Positions 49,276 through 61,486 of a DNA stretch of 64,000 nt are shown here, one piece after another. The position numbers were made by a program, and so were the translations under genes. Origin of the DNA: Iphione sp. A-MEVVRFRX5 (Eukaryota). The notes below the pieces were generated by a model. It ran no database searches and was not told the DNA's origin. It was given only the letters and a program-made list of their open reading frames with translations. Within the stretch, counting starts at the first letter, position 1, and every line of letters begins with the position of its first letter. The stretch covers positions 35,402,001-35,466,000 of the forward strand of contig OZ320318.1 of NCBI GenBank assembly GCA_976226885.1, given 5' to 3'.

Positions 49276-51730
49276 AGACACCCTTGATCCAAGCACTGGT
49301 AGCAAACTGGACCTAATCATCACCAGATGGTCCAATCTGTAAAGCATCCTTATCACATGAACCTTCCAAAGTGCAGATTGTAACACAGACCATTCCGTAG
49401 TCTGCTCTAAAATGAAGCTAATACCTAAAAAATTTCACCTAGCTAATCCAGAAAGGAAAAGTTGCATCAACACCTTCTTGACTACTCATCCTGAGGAAGT
49501 ATCAGCCTTAAAAGAGAGCCTCTACCAAGTTATCCATAACCTGCCAGACAGTGACGCCCCATCTTACTGGTACAGGCCAAGAGACAACATATATCAAGCT
49601 GCCTTGTCCATCTTTGGAAGGAAATCCAGGACCACAAACAACTAGTTTAAGGTCAACTTGGAAACCATGGAACCACGTTTAGAAACAAAAAAGAAAAGCA
49701 GAATTAGCATACAAGCAAAATCCAAGTGACACAACCAAAGTACATCTAAGAAACAGCAGCAACAACATCAAGCAGACATCCAGACAATATGCAAACAATT
49801 ATTGTCTGGAGCTATGCCAAAGCATCCAAACAGCAGCAGATATAGGAAACATCCAAAATATATATGATGGCATAAAAAAGGCTCTTGGACCAAGGACAGC
49901 AAAAACAGTCCCTTTGAAAACACTCACTGGGGAGGCAATATATGACAAAATGCATCAACTAAATCGCTGGGTCGAACATTGTTCTGAACTATACCAATGT
50001 GAGAACACAGGTAGCTGAACATGCACTGTATTCTATTCCCAACAATGAAGGAACTTGATTATCTACCAACAAAAGAAGATCTCTCAAAAGCAATTGACAA
50101 ATTGAAAACAGGCAAATCACAAGGACAGAATGGCATACCACCAGAAATCTTCAACTGTGCTAAAACCACAGTGCTAGCACAACGATACAAACTCCTGTGC
50201 CAGTGCTGGAACAACGGAGAGGTACCACCAAGACATATGTGATGCCAACATCATCACACTTTACAAGAACAAGGGAGACCATAGGGACTGCAATAACTAC
50301 AAAGGTATTTCTCTTCTTAGCATTACTGGAAAGCCATATGGAAAATTTGTGCTATGCAGACTCCAAAAGCTAGCGGAGAGAGTTTACCCAGAGTCACAGT
50401 GTGGGTTCTGCTCTAGAAGATTGACTATGGACATGGTATTCTCCAGCAGGCAACTGCAAGAAAAATGTAGGGAACAACAGATGCCACTCTACATAGCCTT
50501 CATAGATCTAGAAAAAGCTTTTGATCTAGTCAGCAAAGGAGGACTTTTTAAAATACTTCAGAGAATACACTGCACACCAAACCTGCTCAACCTCACTAAT
50601 TCCTTTTACACCAACATGAGGAGCACAGTGCAATATGACGGCTCTACCTCTGACCCCTTCGCAATCAATAGTGGGGTAAAACAAGGCTGTGTCCTTGTTC
50701 CAACACTCTTTGGCATATTCTTCTCTCCAACATGCCTTTGTCAACTCAACAGAAGGTGTCTACTTCCACACAAGATCAGATGGAAGCCTGTTCAACCCCA
50801 CTCGATTAAAGGACAAGATCAAGATAAGGGAGTCCTAGTGAGAGACATGCAATTTACAGATGAAACTGCCCTTGTTACCCACACAGAGGATGAACTACAA
50901 AAACTCATCAATGACTTTTCCAGAGCAAGCAAGGACTTATGGTTTACCATGAGCTTGAAAAGCCCAACATTCTAAGCACAATCAACAACCCAACCCCAGA
51001 AATTGAAATCAACAACTATACACTAGGTGTTGTGCATGACATTACATACCTTGGTTCAACAATCACTAACAACCTTTCCCTGGACAAGGAGCTAAACAGA
51101 CAGATAGGTAAAGCAGCAGGTACTCTAGCAGGACTCAAAACTAGAGTATAGGAACACCCAAACATTGCAAAATCAGTGTCCACAATGCTTGTATCCTGAG
51201 TTGCCTCCTCTATGGCATTAATACTTGGCATTGCCTGGAGTGATAAGGTCTCAAATCAAGAAGGTCTCACAAGAACAAAGTCATCAAGCATGTATACCAT
51301 CCTGAAGAAGCACTGACTTCTATGGCTTGGACACATCCAGAGAATGGAAGATCACAAGATACCCAAGACCATTCTGTTTGGTAAATTAGCCTCGGAATAT
51401 AGACCAGTAGGATGGCCGAAACTTCACTTTTAAGACCTGGTGAAGAAAGACCTCCAGGTTTTCAACTTGAACCCCCAAACTTGACAAGACCTGTCAAAAG
51501 ACAGCACTAAGTGGAGAGACTCCTTACACAAAGGAGCTACAAAACTGGAAGTGACTCTAAAACAATAGGCAGAAGAAAAAAAGATCACACAGAAAAGAGC
51601 CAAGTTGTGATCTGATACCCAGACACACCTGTGGGATGTGTGGCACGTCATGTCTATCTAAAATAGGCCTGTACAGCCACACTACAAAATGTGCAAATCC
51701 ATAGTCTACAAGACTGAAGGAGGCCAACTA
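49276..51730 (+). mobile_element. RTE-clade (BovB-like) LINE, 5'-truncated and frameshifted
   Basis: End of APE domain (LDLII...ADCNTDH); RT motifs PESQCGF, FIDLEKAFD, GVKQGCVL; RTE-type 3' end atccatagtctacaagactgaaggaggccaac. Confidence 0.9.
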
Positions 51731-52389
51731 TGTTAAATATTTCCCTGGGTTCTCCAACTGAATATAAAAAAGATTGATGTCTTATGCAACCAAGCCTGGC
51801 AGGAAGTGAAGAAGATGATTATCAAAACTGACTGTACGATACCCACATTTACAAACTTTACTTATCAAGGAGAGAAAACTAGTCCTGTAATATATACAGT
51901 CTCAGTCATGAGAGTCAGTAGCTGTAAAAGTCAGAATTCAGATAACCAGGTGAAATGACTATTGATTCTGGTTATGTTTGTATTGATTCTTCTGTTAGCT
52001 CCACTGATTATATTCATGTGTTGTCTCTGTAGAGAAACACAGAGAGTGCTGAATGGTGACAGACTTTTTCAGTGAATGAATGCTTAAATCGAGGAATTGC
52101 ACGTGGCTAGAGGACATGAAAAGCACTTTCTATCTTTTCATTCTCTCATATCCTATGACATCCATGACCTAGTCATGACCTAGTCATAAGTGTCTTGAAC
52201 AGGTACAAGCTCTCCCGCTGACCTATTGATGTCAGCTGTATTTTATATCATGCACCTTTTGCAACAACTGTTGCACAAAACTGTCTACTTTATGTCGAGC
52301 ACGGACATCCAAGTACAGCCTAGTCAGATGTGCTTGCTTTTTGTGACCTTCAACTATGTTGTTCCAATTCACAGCTGCTCAGTAGTGCA

Positions 52390-54160
52390 AACTGCACTTA
52401 AATAGCTTTCTTTTTTTGGCGTTCGACTTTGATTCTTAACGATTGCCCTCCTCTTGTACTTGACACATCTGCCAGTGGTAGCAAGCCTAGCTTAACCTGT
52501 CTGTGTGTGGCAGCTAATGCTCTCCACAGAATCAGGTCTTCTACCCTCTTAATACAGCCACGCTCACACAGTAACTTTGCAGATGCCTGAGGGTTTAGTT
52601 ATAGGCACATACTGACACATCTATTGAGATGTAGTTGCATGTTGCCCAGAACTGCCTTGGAGCAGTTGTACAGAACAATTGCTCGAAAATGCAAGTGTGG
52701 CATTACAAGCGTCTTGAACAGATGTAGCATAGTGTGCCACTGCAATAGCCTCTTGACCCTGGCTACTTTCAATGACACTGACACATTTTGCTTTTGATTT
52801 TCTTTAGGGCTTCTTCCCCATACCTTTGAGTTTAGCATGTAGCCAAGCAGTTGCACCTTCATGCATAATGCCAGCTCTACACCTTTTACTTTAATGTCTA
52901 ACAGTGTGCCCACTGCTGTGCCCATAGGCATATAACAGCATTTGCCTTCAGATAGTACTAGTCCTCTTCGACAACACCAGGCTGCCACAAGATCAATACT
53001 GTGTTGACAGGCTCCCCTAAGTCTCAGTAAGTCTTTCGCGATTACTATACTCGACAGGTCATCTGCATAGAGAACTTCATCGCTGTAGTTTGGCATGCAG
53101 TTGACCAGCTCGTCAATCACTAGACAGAATGCCACAGGGCCAAATACTGACCTCTGAGGTACTCCATGTTTGATACTCCTTCTTCTCGAGTCTTTGTCAC
53201 AACAGCAGACGTATTGTGTTCTATCAATAAAATAGCTTTGAACCAACCTATGAATGCTGTGGCTTGCGCCAGCTACTTCTAGTCTTCTGAGCACTTTTAT
53301 GGAGGGCACCAAGTCAAATGCCTTCCGCATATCAAAGGCCAGGAGACAGCAGTATAATCAAGCGTTCATGTATTCCCTTGCTTTGCCAATAATGTATGTC
53401 ACTGCAATCTCTGTGCTTCGCCAGGGTCGGAAGCGATATTGTTTGTTGCTTATGAATTTTTATTTGGCCAGTTGTCACATCAAGTCGGCAACAAACCACT
53501 TCTCGAAAATTTGTCCAGGGAGTGGCAATATAGACATGGGTTTGTAGTTACCTAGGCAATTTGCATCACCGTGTTTGTATAGTGGTGTGAACCATGCTTT
53601 TTACCACATCCCCAGATACTGCCCACACTTGACTATACAGTCGAAGATCCAATGAACAAAATCTTGATTGAGCAGCATGAGCTGTTTCAGTACCTTTGTT
53701 GGTATACCCTCTACACTAGAGGCTTTGTTAACACAGATTCCTCTGATGATTGGCCTGAGTTCTGATGGAGCCAGCAGCTTGACATCAAAGGTAGTATTGC
53801 TTTCCAACACATTGTCCATGCTTGACTCAGTGATGGGTGGTGCATGCGCTGCCACCTCATCTATGAAGTAATTGTTCAGTTGTTCTGCAACTGTTTCTGT
53901 TTTCTCTTCTCCTAGGATCTTTTTGTGTGGTAACTTCATGGCTCCCCTGCCACACCCCAGTTCTTCATTGAGGATTCCCCATGTTTTGGAGGAGCTACTG
54001 CCAGCTTCATCTAGCTTCATTTTCCAAAACTCTTGGTGATCTTGTTCCAGTGAATGACTGATTTGCTTGTTCAAATGTTTAAAGATGTGTAACATATCCT
54101 CACAGTGATACTTCTTCGACTTTTGGAAGAAGTACTTCTTGTCAGCATTTAATTCTTACC
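52390..54160 (-). mobile_element. L2/CR1-group (Daphne/Crack-like) LINE fragment
   Basis: KTWGILN, AEQLNNYF, KASSVEGIP; RT motifs KAFDLV, GVPQRSVFGP, LYADD; boundaries approximate. Confidence 0.85.
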
Positions 54161-54520
54161 CTTGAGGTTTTTGCAGGGCTGCAGGTTTAGGTCACTTGAT
54201 ATTAAATTTATATGGACACTAGATTAACAGTGCAAGTGCAGGTCACTTGCTGTACAAACACCTGTTACTAACCTGTTGATTTTATCATTACGCATGTATA
54301 TGTATGTGTACCTATTTCAGGAAGACTGAATTGACACCTGCAATGGCCACCTGTGAGGCAGTGGCCACAGTGGAAATCACTATAATTTCAAGGAGATGGG
54401 GCAGTAACAGAAGTGCTGTAGTGCCTTGCGAGACACCCAACCATTGTGGTAATTTAATTTGACATGATGATGATAATAGAAATGCTATAGAACATTTCAA
54501 GAGAACACCCAACCATTATA

Positions 54521-55905
54521 ATTTGTTTGAGTTTGAGTTCTTTATTCAATGTCTCTGATTACAATTCAGAGTTATCATTGTTGAATGTATGTGTTAACAA
54601 GGATTTTTTCAAACATGATGAATGTCTAACTGGTGCTGTTGAGAATTGATTACACACACAGCACAGAGCATAGAATAAATTATTGATCACAGAATCATGC
54701 AGTTGTTTCTCTATCTCACATAGTATTGCTACAAAATACAATTTGTGTTACAGTTACCACAGTATTAAACCATCTTTTCATGGTGAGCGTAAATAAGAGT
54801 CAATAATCAGCCTCTACTTTTGGCAGTAATTGTATACTCAAATGGTCATCATGCATGTAGTCATACTCTCTGCGTAGTATCATGGTATCTGGTCACAGAG
54901 TGCCAGTGTCAGGCTGAATCTGCCTGCAGTGTTTGTTTTTAACTTACTTCAATGACATGTACTACCATGTATACCACCCACCAGGCTTTTTACCAGCCAG
55001 GGTTTCATGCCACCAGGTTAGCGATAGACCGTAGGATGGTGTGATTGTCAGGTCTAGCCATCCAGTCACACATGACCTTCAAGATTGTCAAGTACTCTCC
55101 TGTTTAGTCTACGGAGCCTCTGCACCTCTACTGGGAGTTCATTCCAGTAACTGACACCAAGATATCTCAAGCTACTGGCATATTGGCAGCTCTTTGCACC
55201 GTCCTGCTCCTCCTCGTCTAGTCTTAGGTAATGGTAGACGTGGCTATGCTCCCTTCTCCCCTACAGTGCAAGTCTAGTCTTAGTGGGAACTTCAGCGGGG
55301 ATCATTCCAAGTCTCACCTGGTTGTGTGTCGCAATGATGCCCCGACACCTAATGAGTTTCTCCACTCTCGGTATGCCAAATCTACTTGCCATCCTTGTGG
55401 CAGATAGATGCTCGTGACCTTGCAGACATAGTCTGCCGCAGCAGTTTAAGTACACCTGTAGGTCCACTATCACAGACTTGGCTGCTCCAAACCAAAGTAC
55501 AGCATTGAACTGGTACAATGACATCACCAACACAAAGAAAAGGGTCAGCCTTGCTCTTAGTGGCAGAAAGAGTTTTGTTCTGCTGATCTTGAGCGATGTA
55601 ACCCAGGTCTTCTTTTTGACCTCATGGCAGCTCTCCATCATCTTCAGACCTGCATCAAGTCTATACCGTAGTAGTTTGGTCGACGTCTCTAGTTTCAGGG
55701 GCGAGTTGTTGAGTGTTAAGTCCAGATTTTTGCCTTTTGCCTTGCCCAAAGGGCAATGGGCGCACTTGGTTTCACTTAGGACGAAACCTTCCATACCACA
55801 CCACTTAGCAACCGCCCCTAACGTCCTTTGAGCCACACCGCGAAGTCTTAGTAAGTCGCTGGCTGATGCGATGACTGCCAGGTCATCTGCATACATGACC
55901 GCCAT
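54521..55905 (-). mobile_element. Related L2/Daphne-like LINE, 5'-truncated at YADD, with 3' tail
   Basis: MYADDLAVIASASDLLRLRG parallels LYADDLSSIVIAKDLLRLRG of the neighbouring copy; aataaagaactcaaactcaaac tail at 54521-54548. Confidence 0.85.
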
Positions 55906-55909
55906 AGTG

Positions 55910-56061
55910 CATCCTGAGACAAGAAGCTGGATCTGTGTTAATCACAAACAGGCTAGGATGCCTAACCTCTGTGGGGAGTTTATCATAAGCTGATACACTT
56001 TGGAATATTTTGAGGTACAGCTATCTGCTAACAGGTACTCAGTAATCTGTTGTCCATTCAT
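55910..56061 (-). pseudogene. Polinton adenain-like cysteine protease, N-terminal fragment
   Basis: MNGQQITEYL...(frameshift)...YDKLP...PSLFVINTDP...H fits the consensus MNTxQI..L..GVFxxDxLP..P..xVNTDP..GxHW; cut by the LINE at ~55905. Confidence 0.7.
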
Positions 56062-56206
56062 TTTACACTGTGAGGAACAGCATCCATCTGATGGTTACAT
56101 TGGTCATATGCATCACTGATTGGTTTAGACTTTAGTGATGACTATTAGTTCATTTTTATATGTTAGAGCATTACATTCCATCAGATGGCATTTCTTTTCC
56201 AAATTA

Positions 56207-57290
56207 TTATTCAACTATTACATTTCTGGCCTGATCAACTTTTATTACCACCTCAAAACTTTTGTAGAAGATTACTGAAACTGGTTCAGTTAAAGCTTTA
56301 ACAAACTTGGCAGTAAGATTAATTTGACCTCTATGTAGAGGGATGGTATAGTTAGAATCTTTCTCTTTGTCCAAATCAGAAAAATATAGACAATATCCAC
56401 CTTTTAAATAAGTTATATTAGGTGGTTGTTTCTGGTCAGGAGGCATACAGTCGAATGGTCTGGAATATGCTAAGACATACTTACTCTTCTTGTAGTCAGG
56501 CTGTAAGATTTGAGCTACACTAGATTGACCATTCACTGGAAAGTCAAGGTAATTTAAATCAAAATGTTGAACGTTGAATGGATTTTTTCCATCATCTCTA
56601 GAGTAAGTGCTTGACTGTACAAACCCTACTACTAATAGCTTTGGGATCGAATCTTTGAACAGGTTATCCATGCTGCAGCTTAGACTATCCTTGGGAATAC
56701 TGTAACTTTTAATTTCACTTCTCATAAAAGAATGCCATTTCCGTTTTGGACATCTCAGCTTGCACAGTGATCATATCTAGATGTATTCTAGCATAGGGAA
56801 CAATAGATTTTGCATCTGAGAGAGATGAATCATGTATGTATGATTTAGATGTAGTGGCTGGTGCAGTGGCTGTGGATGTCTTGTACAGAAGTCTAAACTT
56901 TGCTGTAATTGGATATTACTTGATGCTCAAGGATAAACCATTTAATAATAACTTATCTTGTGGTCAGATAACCATAAAAAGCCGAGATTAAAGAGTATCC
57001 TTGTTTTCAGTCTTAGTTTTATCATACCTTTGTGGCAGACCAGTGTTTCCACTTGTTTTCACCTGACAATCATTCATGTCATTCATGAGTAATGCATCAT
57101 CCTTTATAAGCAGCTATATGCATTGAGCTCATTTGATCATTATTCCCAGTGCAAGTAGAACTTTATATGGAAAATTAGCTCGGACAGTAGTAGTGATCAC
57201 CTGTTATTGAATTGCTGAATCAATTTGTCTACAGATTGAACAAGAGATGAAGTTGGCAAGGCTGACATCATTTGTTTCTTTAACATGTTT
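56207..57290 (-). pseudogene. Polinton double-jelly-roll major capsid protein
   Basis: C-terminal ORF NLF..IPKLLVVGFV..KNPFNVQHF..VNG..PDY..GYCLY..DL..IKVDQARNV; broken N-terminal motifs RQID, FPYK, GNTGLPQR, QDKLLLNG. Confidence 0.9.
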
Positions 57291-57443
57291 GTCCTGGTCA
57301 GTATATACAGTCAAACCTCATCTTCCAGACAACCTCTGGAATGTGATATTTTGTACGGATGGCGAATAATACGGAGTACAAAACAGTGACCCATCCATCT
57401 CCTGGTGGGGAAAACTGTCATAATGATAAAGTATGGGAACCTT

Positions 57444-58536
57444 CCCAGGCAGCACAGAACGTTTTAAAAACGTTTTATAACGTTTCTATTTGGTTATAAC
57501 ATTTAGAACCATTTTACAATGTTTTACGAACGTTTTTATTTGGTTACAATGTTTGCAACCATTTCACAACATTTTAAGAACGTTTTTATTTGGTTACAAC
57601 GTTTGCAACCATTTTACAATGTTTTAAGAACGTTTTTATTTGGTTACAATGTTTGCAGCACCTGACGAGGTGTGAGAGACCGCTGGGGGCAACATGAGGA
57701 TGGCCAAAGACTGAAACAGAACCTGACGAGGTGTGGGGACCTTTGGGGGCGACAGGAGGACGGCCAAAGACTGAAACAGGATCTGACGAGGTGTGGGGAC
57801 TTCTGAGTGCGACAGGAGGACAGTCAAAGGCTGGAACAGGACCTGACGAGGTGTGGGGACCTCTGAGCAGGACAGGAGGATGGCCAAAGCCTGGAGCAGC
57901 ACCTGACGAGGTGTGGGGACCTCTGAATGCGACAGGAGGACGGTAAAAGGCTGGAACAGGACCTGGCGAGGTGTGGGGACCTCTGAGTGTGACAGGAGGG
58001 TGGCCAAAGCCTGGAGCAGCACCTGACGAGGTGTGAGAGACCTCTGAATGCGACAGGAGGAAGGTAAAAGGCTGGAACAGGACCTGGCGAGGTGTGGGGA
58101 CCTCTGAGCATGACAGGAGGATGGCCAAAGCCTGGAGCAGCACCTGATGAGGTGTGAGAGACCTCTGAGTACAACAGGAGCACTGTCAAGGCCAGGAGAG
58201 GTGTGGGACAAGGTGTGAGAACCATGGTGACACATATGTGCAGCCCCAGTGGAGCAGTAGGTAAGAGTGCCAGGTACTACACTGGCTATGTATGGAAGAG
58301 ATTCCCCACATTGAAGAACCAGGTTCAAACCCTGCCTAGAACCCTCACATATTTTTTCAAAAATGCTGTGAAAAGGTTTTTTTAAAAACATTCTAAAAAT
58401 GTTTTTTTAAAAACGTTCTAAAAACGTTTTCTAGTCTGGTTAGGAAAACATTATGCAAACTTTCATTTACAACGTTTTGAGAACGTTTTTTACAACGTTT
58501 TTACAACGTTTTTACAACGTTTTTGTGTTGGCTGGG
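57444..58536. mobile_element. Non-autonomous EnSpm/CACTA-like element (CCCAG..CTGGG ends, 2-bp TT TSD)
   Basis: TIRs cccaggcagcacagaacgttt / aacgtttttgtgttggctggg; AACGTT-rich subterminal repeats, including a 50-bp unit x3.5 at 57481-57655. Confidence 0.7.
57660..58200. repeat. GC-rich minisatellite, ~9 units of 60-61 bp
   Basis: acctgacgaggtgtggggacctctgag..gacaggagga.. in register with the 60-nt lines; no unique spacers. Confidence 0.95.
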
Positions 58537-58541
58537 TTAAG

Positions 58542-58742
58542 GAGGTCACAGCCTGCATGTTGCTCTTATGTAATCATCTTGCATGTCTGTATTTGACTTT
58601 AAACGTATGTCAGTCGCTCTGCACTCTGTTGTCTCTTCCTTTTAGAGGTCACGGCTGGCATATTTCTGTTATATAATCATTTCACACATCTGTATTTTAC
58701 TTTGAACCCATGTTAGTCACTCTGCGCTTTGTTGTCTCTACG
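58542..58742. repeat. Diverged ~103-bp tandem duplication
   Basis: gaggtcac...tgttgtctct occurs at 58542 and 58645. Confidence 0.65.
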
Positions 58743-58949
58743 TTTAGGAATGTCTGGCCCGCTTCCTTTGTTCTCTCTAGTCCAGTTAACTGAGTGTATT
58801 TCCTATGTTAAATGCTCTAAAATGCAGCTAAATAGTGTACAAATATGGAATGTGAGTCTCCGGTTAACTAGTACAATTCATATAAAAAAACACTTGGTAA
58901 TTTAAAACCATTATGGTTAATGCGAAAATCCAATTGTTGATGCTACGGT

Positions 58950-59745
58950 ATACGAGTTTCCTCTGTATCTGGAGTGTCACTAATGGTGCAATTTCATTTG
59001 AAAGAATGTAGTCTGAAGAATTATTCACCACATCAACCTCTACGGTAGATGTGTCTTTGATTTGGACTTTTTTTCTTGCTACTGATTTTTCCATGCAATG
59101 ACAGAATTTGCAGACCTAGCCTGATGTGGGGTCATCCTAAGACTACAATGTTTTGAATGCTGAGATAATTTCAGCCAAGACATCTATCCACAGATGGGAG
59201 TCATTTTGTTGCATAGCATGAGTAATTTTAGTTTTAGGGGTTTTGATTGCTCTTTCTGCTAAATTCGTCTGCACAAGAGTGGTTTTACAGACATTGGTTG
59301 TAAAGAAATATTCAACACTTATATCTGTTAGGTATGACTGAACTCAGAACCAAAATCTGTCCTTAACTTGGTTGGCTTATGATGATTAAAAACTTCCTTT
59401 AAAGCTGCAACAATTTCCTTGCCTTTAAGGTATTTTAGAAATACTGTCCAAATAAACTGAGCAAATATACTGATTAGTAAAAGTATATAATCAAACCATC
59501 ATTTTCAGACTTATATTCATGTATATTGATAGTATCCCCATCCCACTGCTGATCCTTTATGTAAACCACTACCCTCAGTCTTTTGACTTTCTGATTCACT
59601 CACCTGTGTAAAATATATGCATTTTGTCCTTGTAACCATTCCTTAACAACCTTTCTCTTATATCCTGGAAGTTTAGTTGCTTGATGGAGATAATTAATGC
59701 TCCTGAATGATGCTGAATGGGAAGGCTCAAACGGAATGAAATAAC
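58950..59745 (-). pseudogene. Polinton retroviral-like (DDE) integrase
   Basis: PSHSASF, VKEWLQGQNAYILHR, QQWDGDT, ENDG.YILL, LRTDFGSEF, AERAIKT, WIDVL, MTP across frameshifts and stops. Confidence 0.88.
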
Positions 59746-59759
59746 CACTAGCTGATATA

Positions 59760-60160
59760 AATGTGTTATATTTGTCAAAGTCAATTGCTGTAATAGGGCA
59801 CCATATAACCGGTGTTAGTGTAGTAATCTCTGTCATGTGATTTACATGCATGCATAAGAGACCAGCTAGATATTGTAGTAGATCATTCTCAGAGGCATAT
59901 CTGGCAATAGAGCATCCATCTGTGGTGTCTCTTTTGATAAGATCACAGATACCACCAATGACAAATATTAATCTGAATGAAGAAATGTTACAGTCATTAT
60001 AGATATCTTTGGTGTTGTGATGCAAGTCGCCTGCTGGGTGTACCCTGACCACATATTCCACATCTCCATTAATCTCATTCAGGACAGCTTGCAATCCTTT
60101 TCAACAAGAGTCTGATAGAATTAATATTCGTTGTGGTTGATGGTTTACCAAACGATCACC
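59760..60160 (-). pseudogene. SGNH/GDSL hydrolase-like frame, 3'-truncated
   Basis: ILILSDSC*KGLQ (block I, DSRGxG consensus; stop at 60103-60101), FVIGGICDL, VIWCPITAIDFDKYN. Confidence 0.65.
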
Positions 60161-60186
60161 CTAAAAAAATGGGGAAAGGTAAGATG

Positions 60187-61486
60187 TTATTGGATTTCAT
60201 TACCTAGTTCCATCCAAATTTTGCCTACGACATTTTCGCCTTTGAATTTGTTTGCACGAAGGCGTTTTGACAGGAGGCCTATGCCAGATCCAAGAAGCTT
60301 ATCATTTGTAGAGTGTACGAGTGACTTTTCTTTTATGTTAACTAAGAATTTTTTTCAGTTTAGGGTTGGTTTTGATCTTAATCAATAATATTTTCTTGAG
60401 GTCCTTACCATTGCGAGCCTCTGCTTCTGGTGAATTAGGTAGTGATTTTCTAATATCATGCAGTTGTTGTATGGAATGTGACTGCGTTACTGATCTGACT
60501 AGGTCAGTTCTCCCCATCTCCTTTGCTTGTTTGTAGACAAAGGCATGAGCAACCATTGGGAGTGTTATGCAATCCATCAGTATGGGTGACCTATGTTGGT
60601 CTGAGAGTAGTGAATATTTACCCTGGAAGTAAACATGTGAGCTTGTTACTATCGTTGACGCTGCTTTTAGGTTCAATTCTGATAGCAACAGGTGTAATTG
60701 GGAGTGATGATATTTCTTTCCATTAATCATGATTAAGAGCCCAAAAACTGCAGACTTGAAGCCCTTCTGTTTAGCTAGGCTGGCTATTAGGTTTAAATCT
60801 TTTTGAATTTGTACTGCTTCAGACGGGAGATCCTCAGTAATCCACACATTAGAGTATTTTTTGGCAAGATTGTGTTGGTTTTTGAAAACTAGATCTCTGA
60901 CTTCAACGTTAGTGAACTGAGCATGGATTGCAGTAGGTGTAGTTTTCTTAACCAGATATATTTCCCTAATTTTATTGTCTGAGAACTTCGGTGTAATGTC
61001 TCGGAGCAATGCACCAACCTGCTGTTTGATAGGAGAAGAGGAATTGATGCTAAAACCATGTATAATGATATTAGCTCTTCTTTTCTTAATCTCTCTGTCC
61101 AGAAATTTGTTCCTTAGATCCTCAAGTTGAGCCTTGAATATCTGATTCTCATTTTTGAAGGCAGCAATCTCGATCTGGGCAGTTTTAAGGCTGTTTTTAT
61201 TGTTGTTGGTGTGAGTGTTATCTGTATTTGTGCTAGAGACAGGAGGAGAAGCGGGAGAAGTGTTGGTAGAGAGCTGATTCTTTGTGATATTATTGGAAGA
61301 CAGACTTATCTGTGTGCCGGGTGGTGTAGTCAGCTTGCCGTTACCACTGCCACGGTTGTTCTTGATGGTGGGTGACTCAGCTACAGGCCGGTTGATTGGA
61401 CTGTGTCCAGCGTCGGTCAGATTGGGGTCAGTCCTCTCAGGTGTGTTTACCCCTCTTCTGCGCGTATTCCTCTTTTTTCCGGCCAT
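60187..61486 (-). pseudogene. L1-type ORF1p (coiled coil, RRM, CTD) fused to a NADAR/YbiA-like domain; one +1 frameshift in an A7 run at ~60349-60355
   Basis: RRANIIIHG, VWITEDLP and INGKKY ORF1 motifs; then YFQGKYSLLS..AHAFVYKQAKEMG..ILLIKIKTNPKL and, one base off, LVHSTNDKLLGSG..FKGENVVGKIWMEL*. Confidence 0.75.

Noticed and set aside
57660-58200. Regularly spaced repeats suggesting a CRISPR array; ORFs of 133-251 aa over them
   Set aside because: The units are contiguous with no unique spacers, there are no cas genes and the context is eukaryotic; the ORFs arise because 60 is divisible by 3
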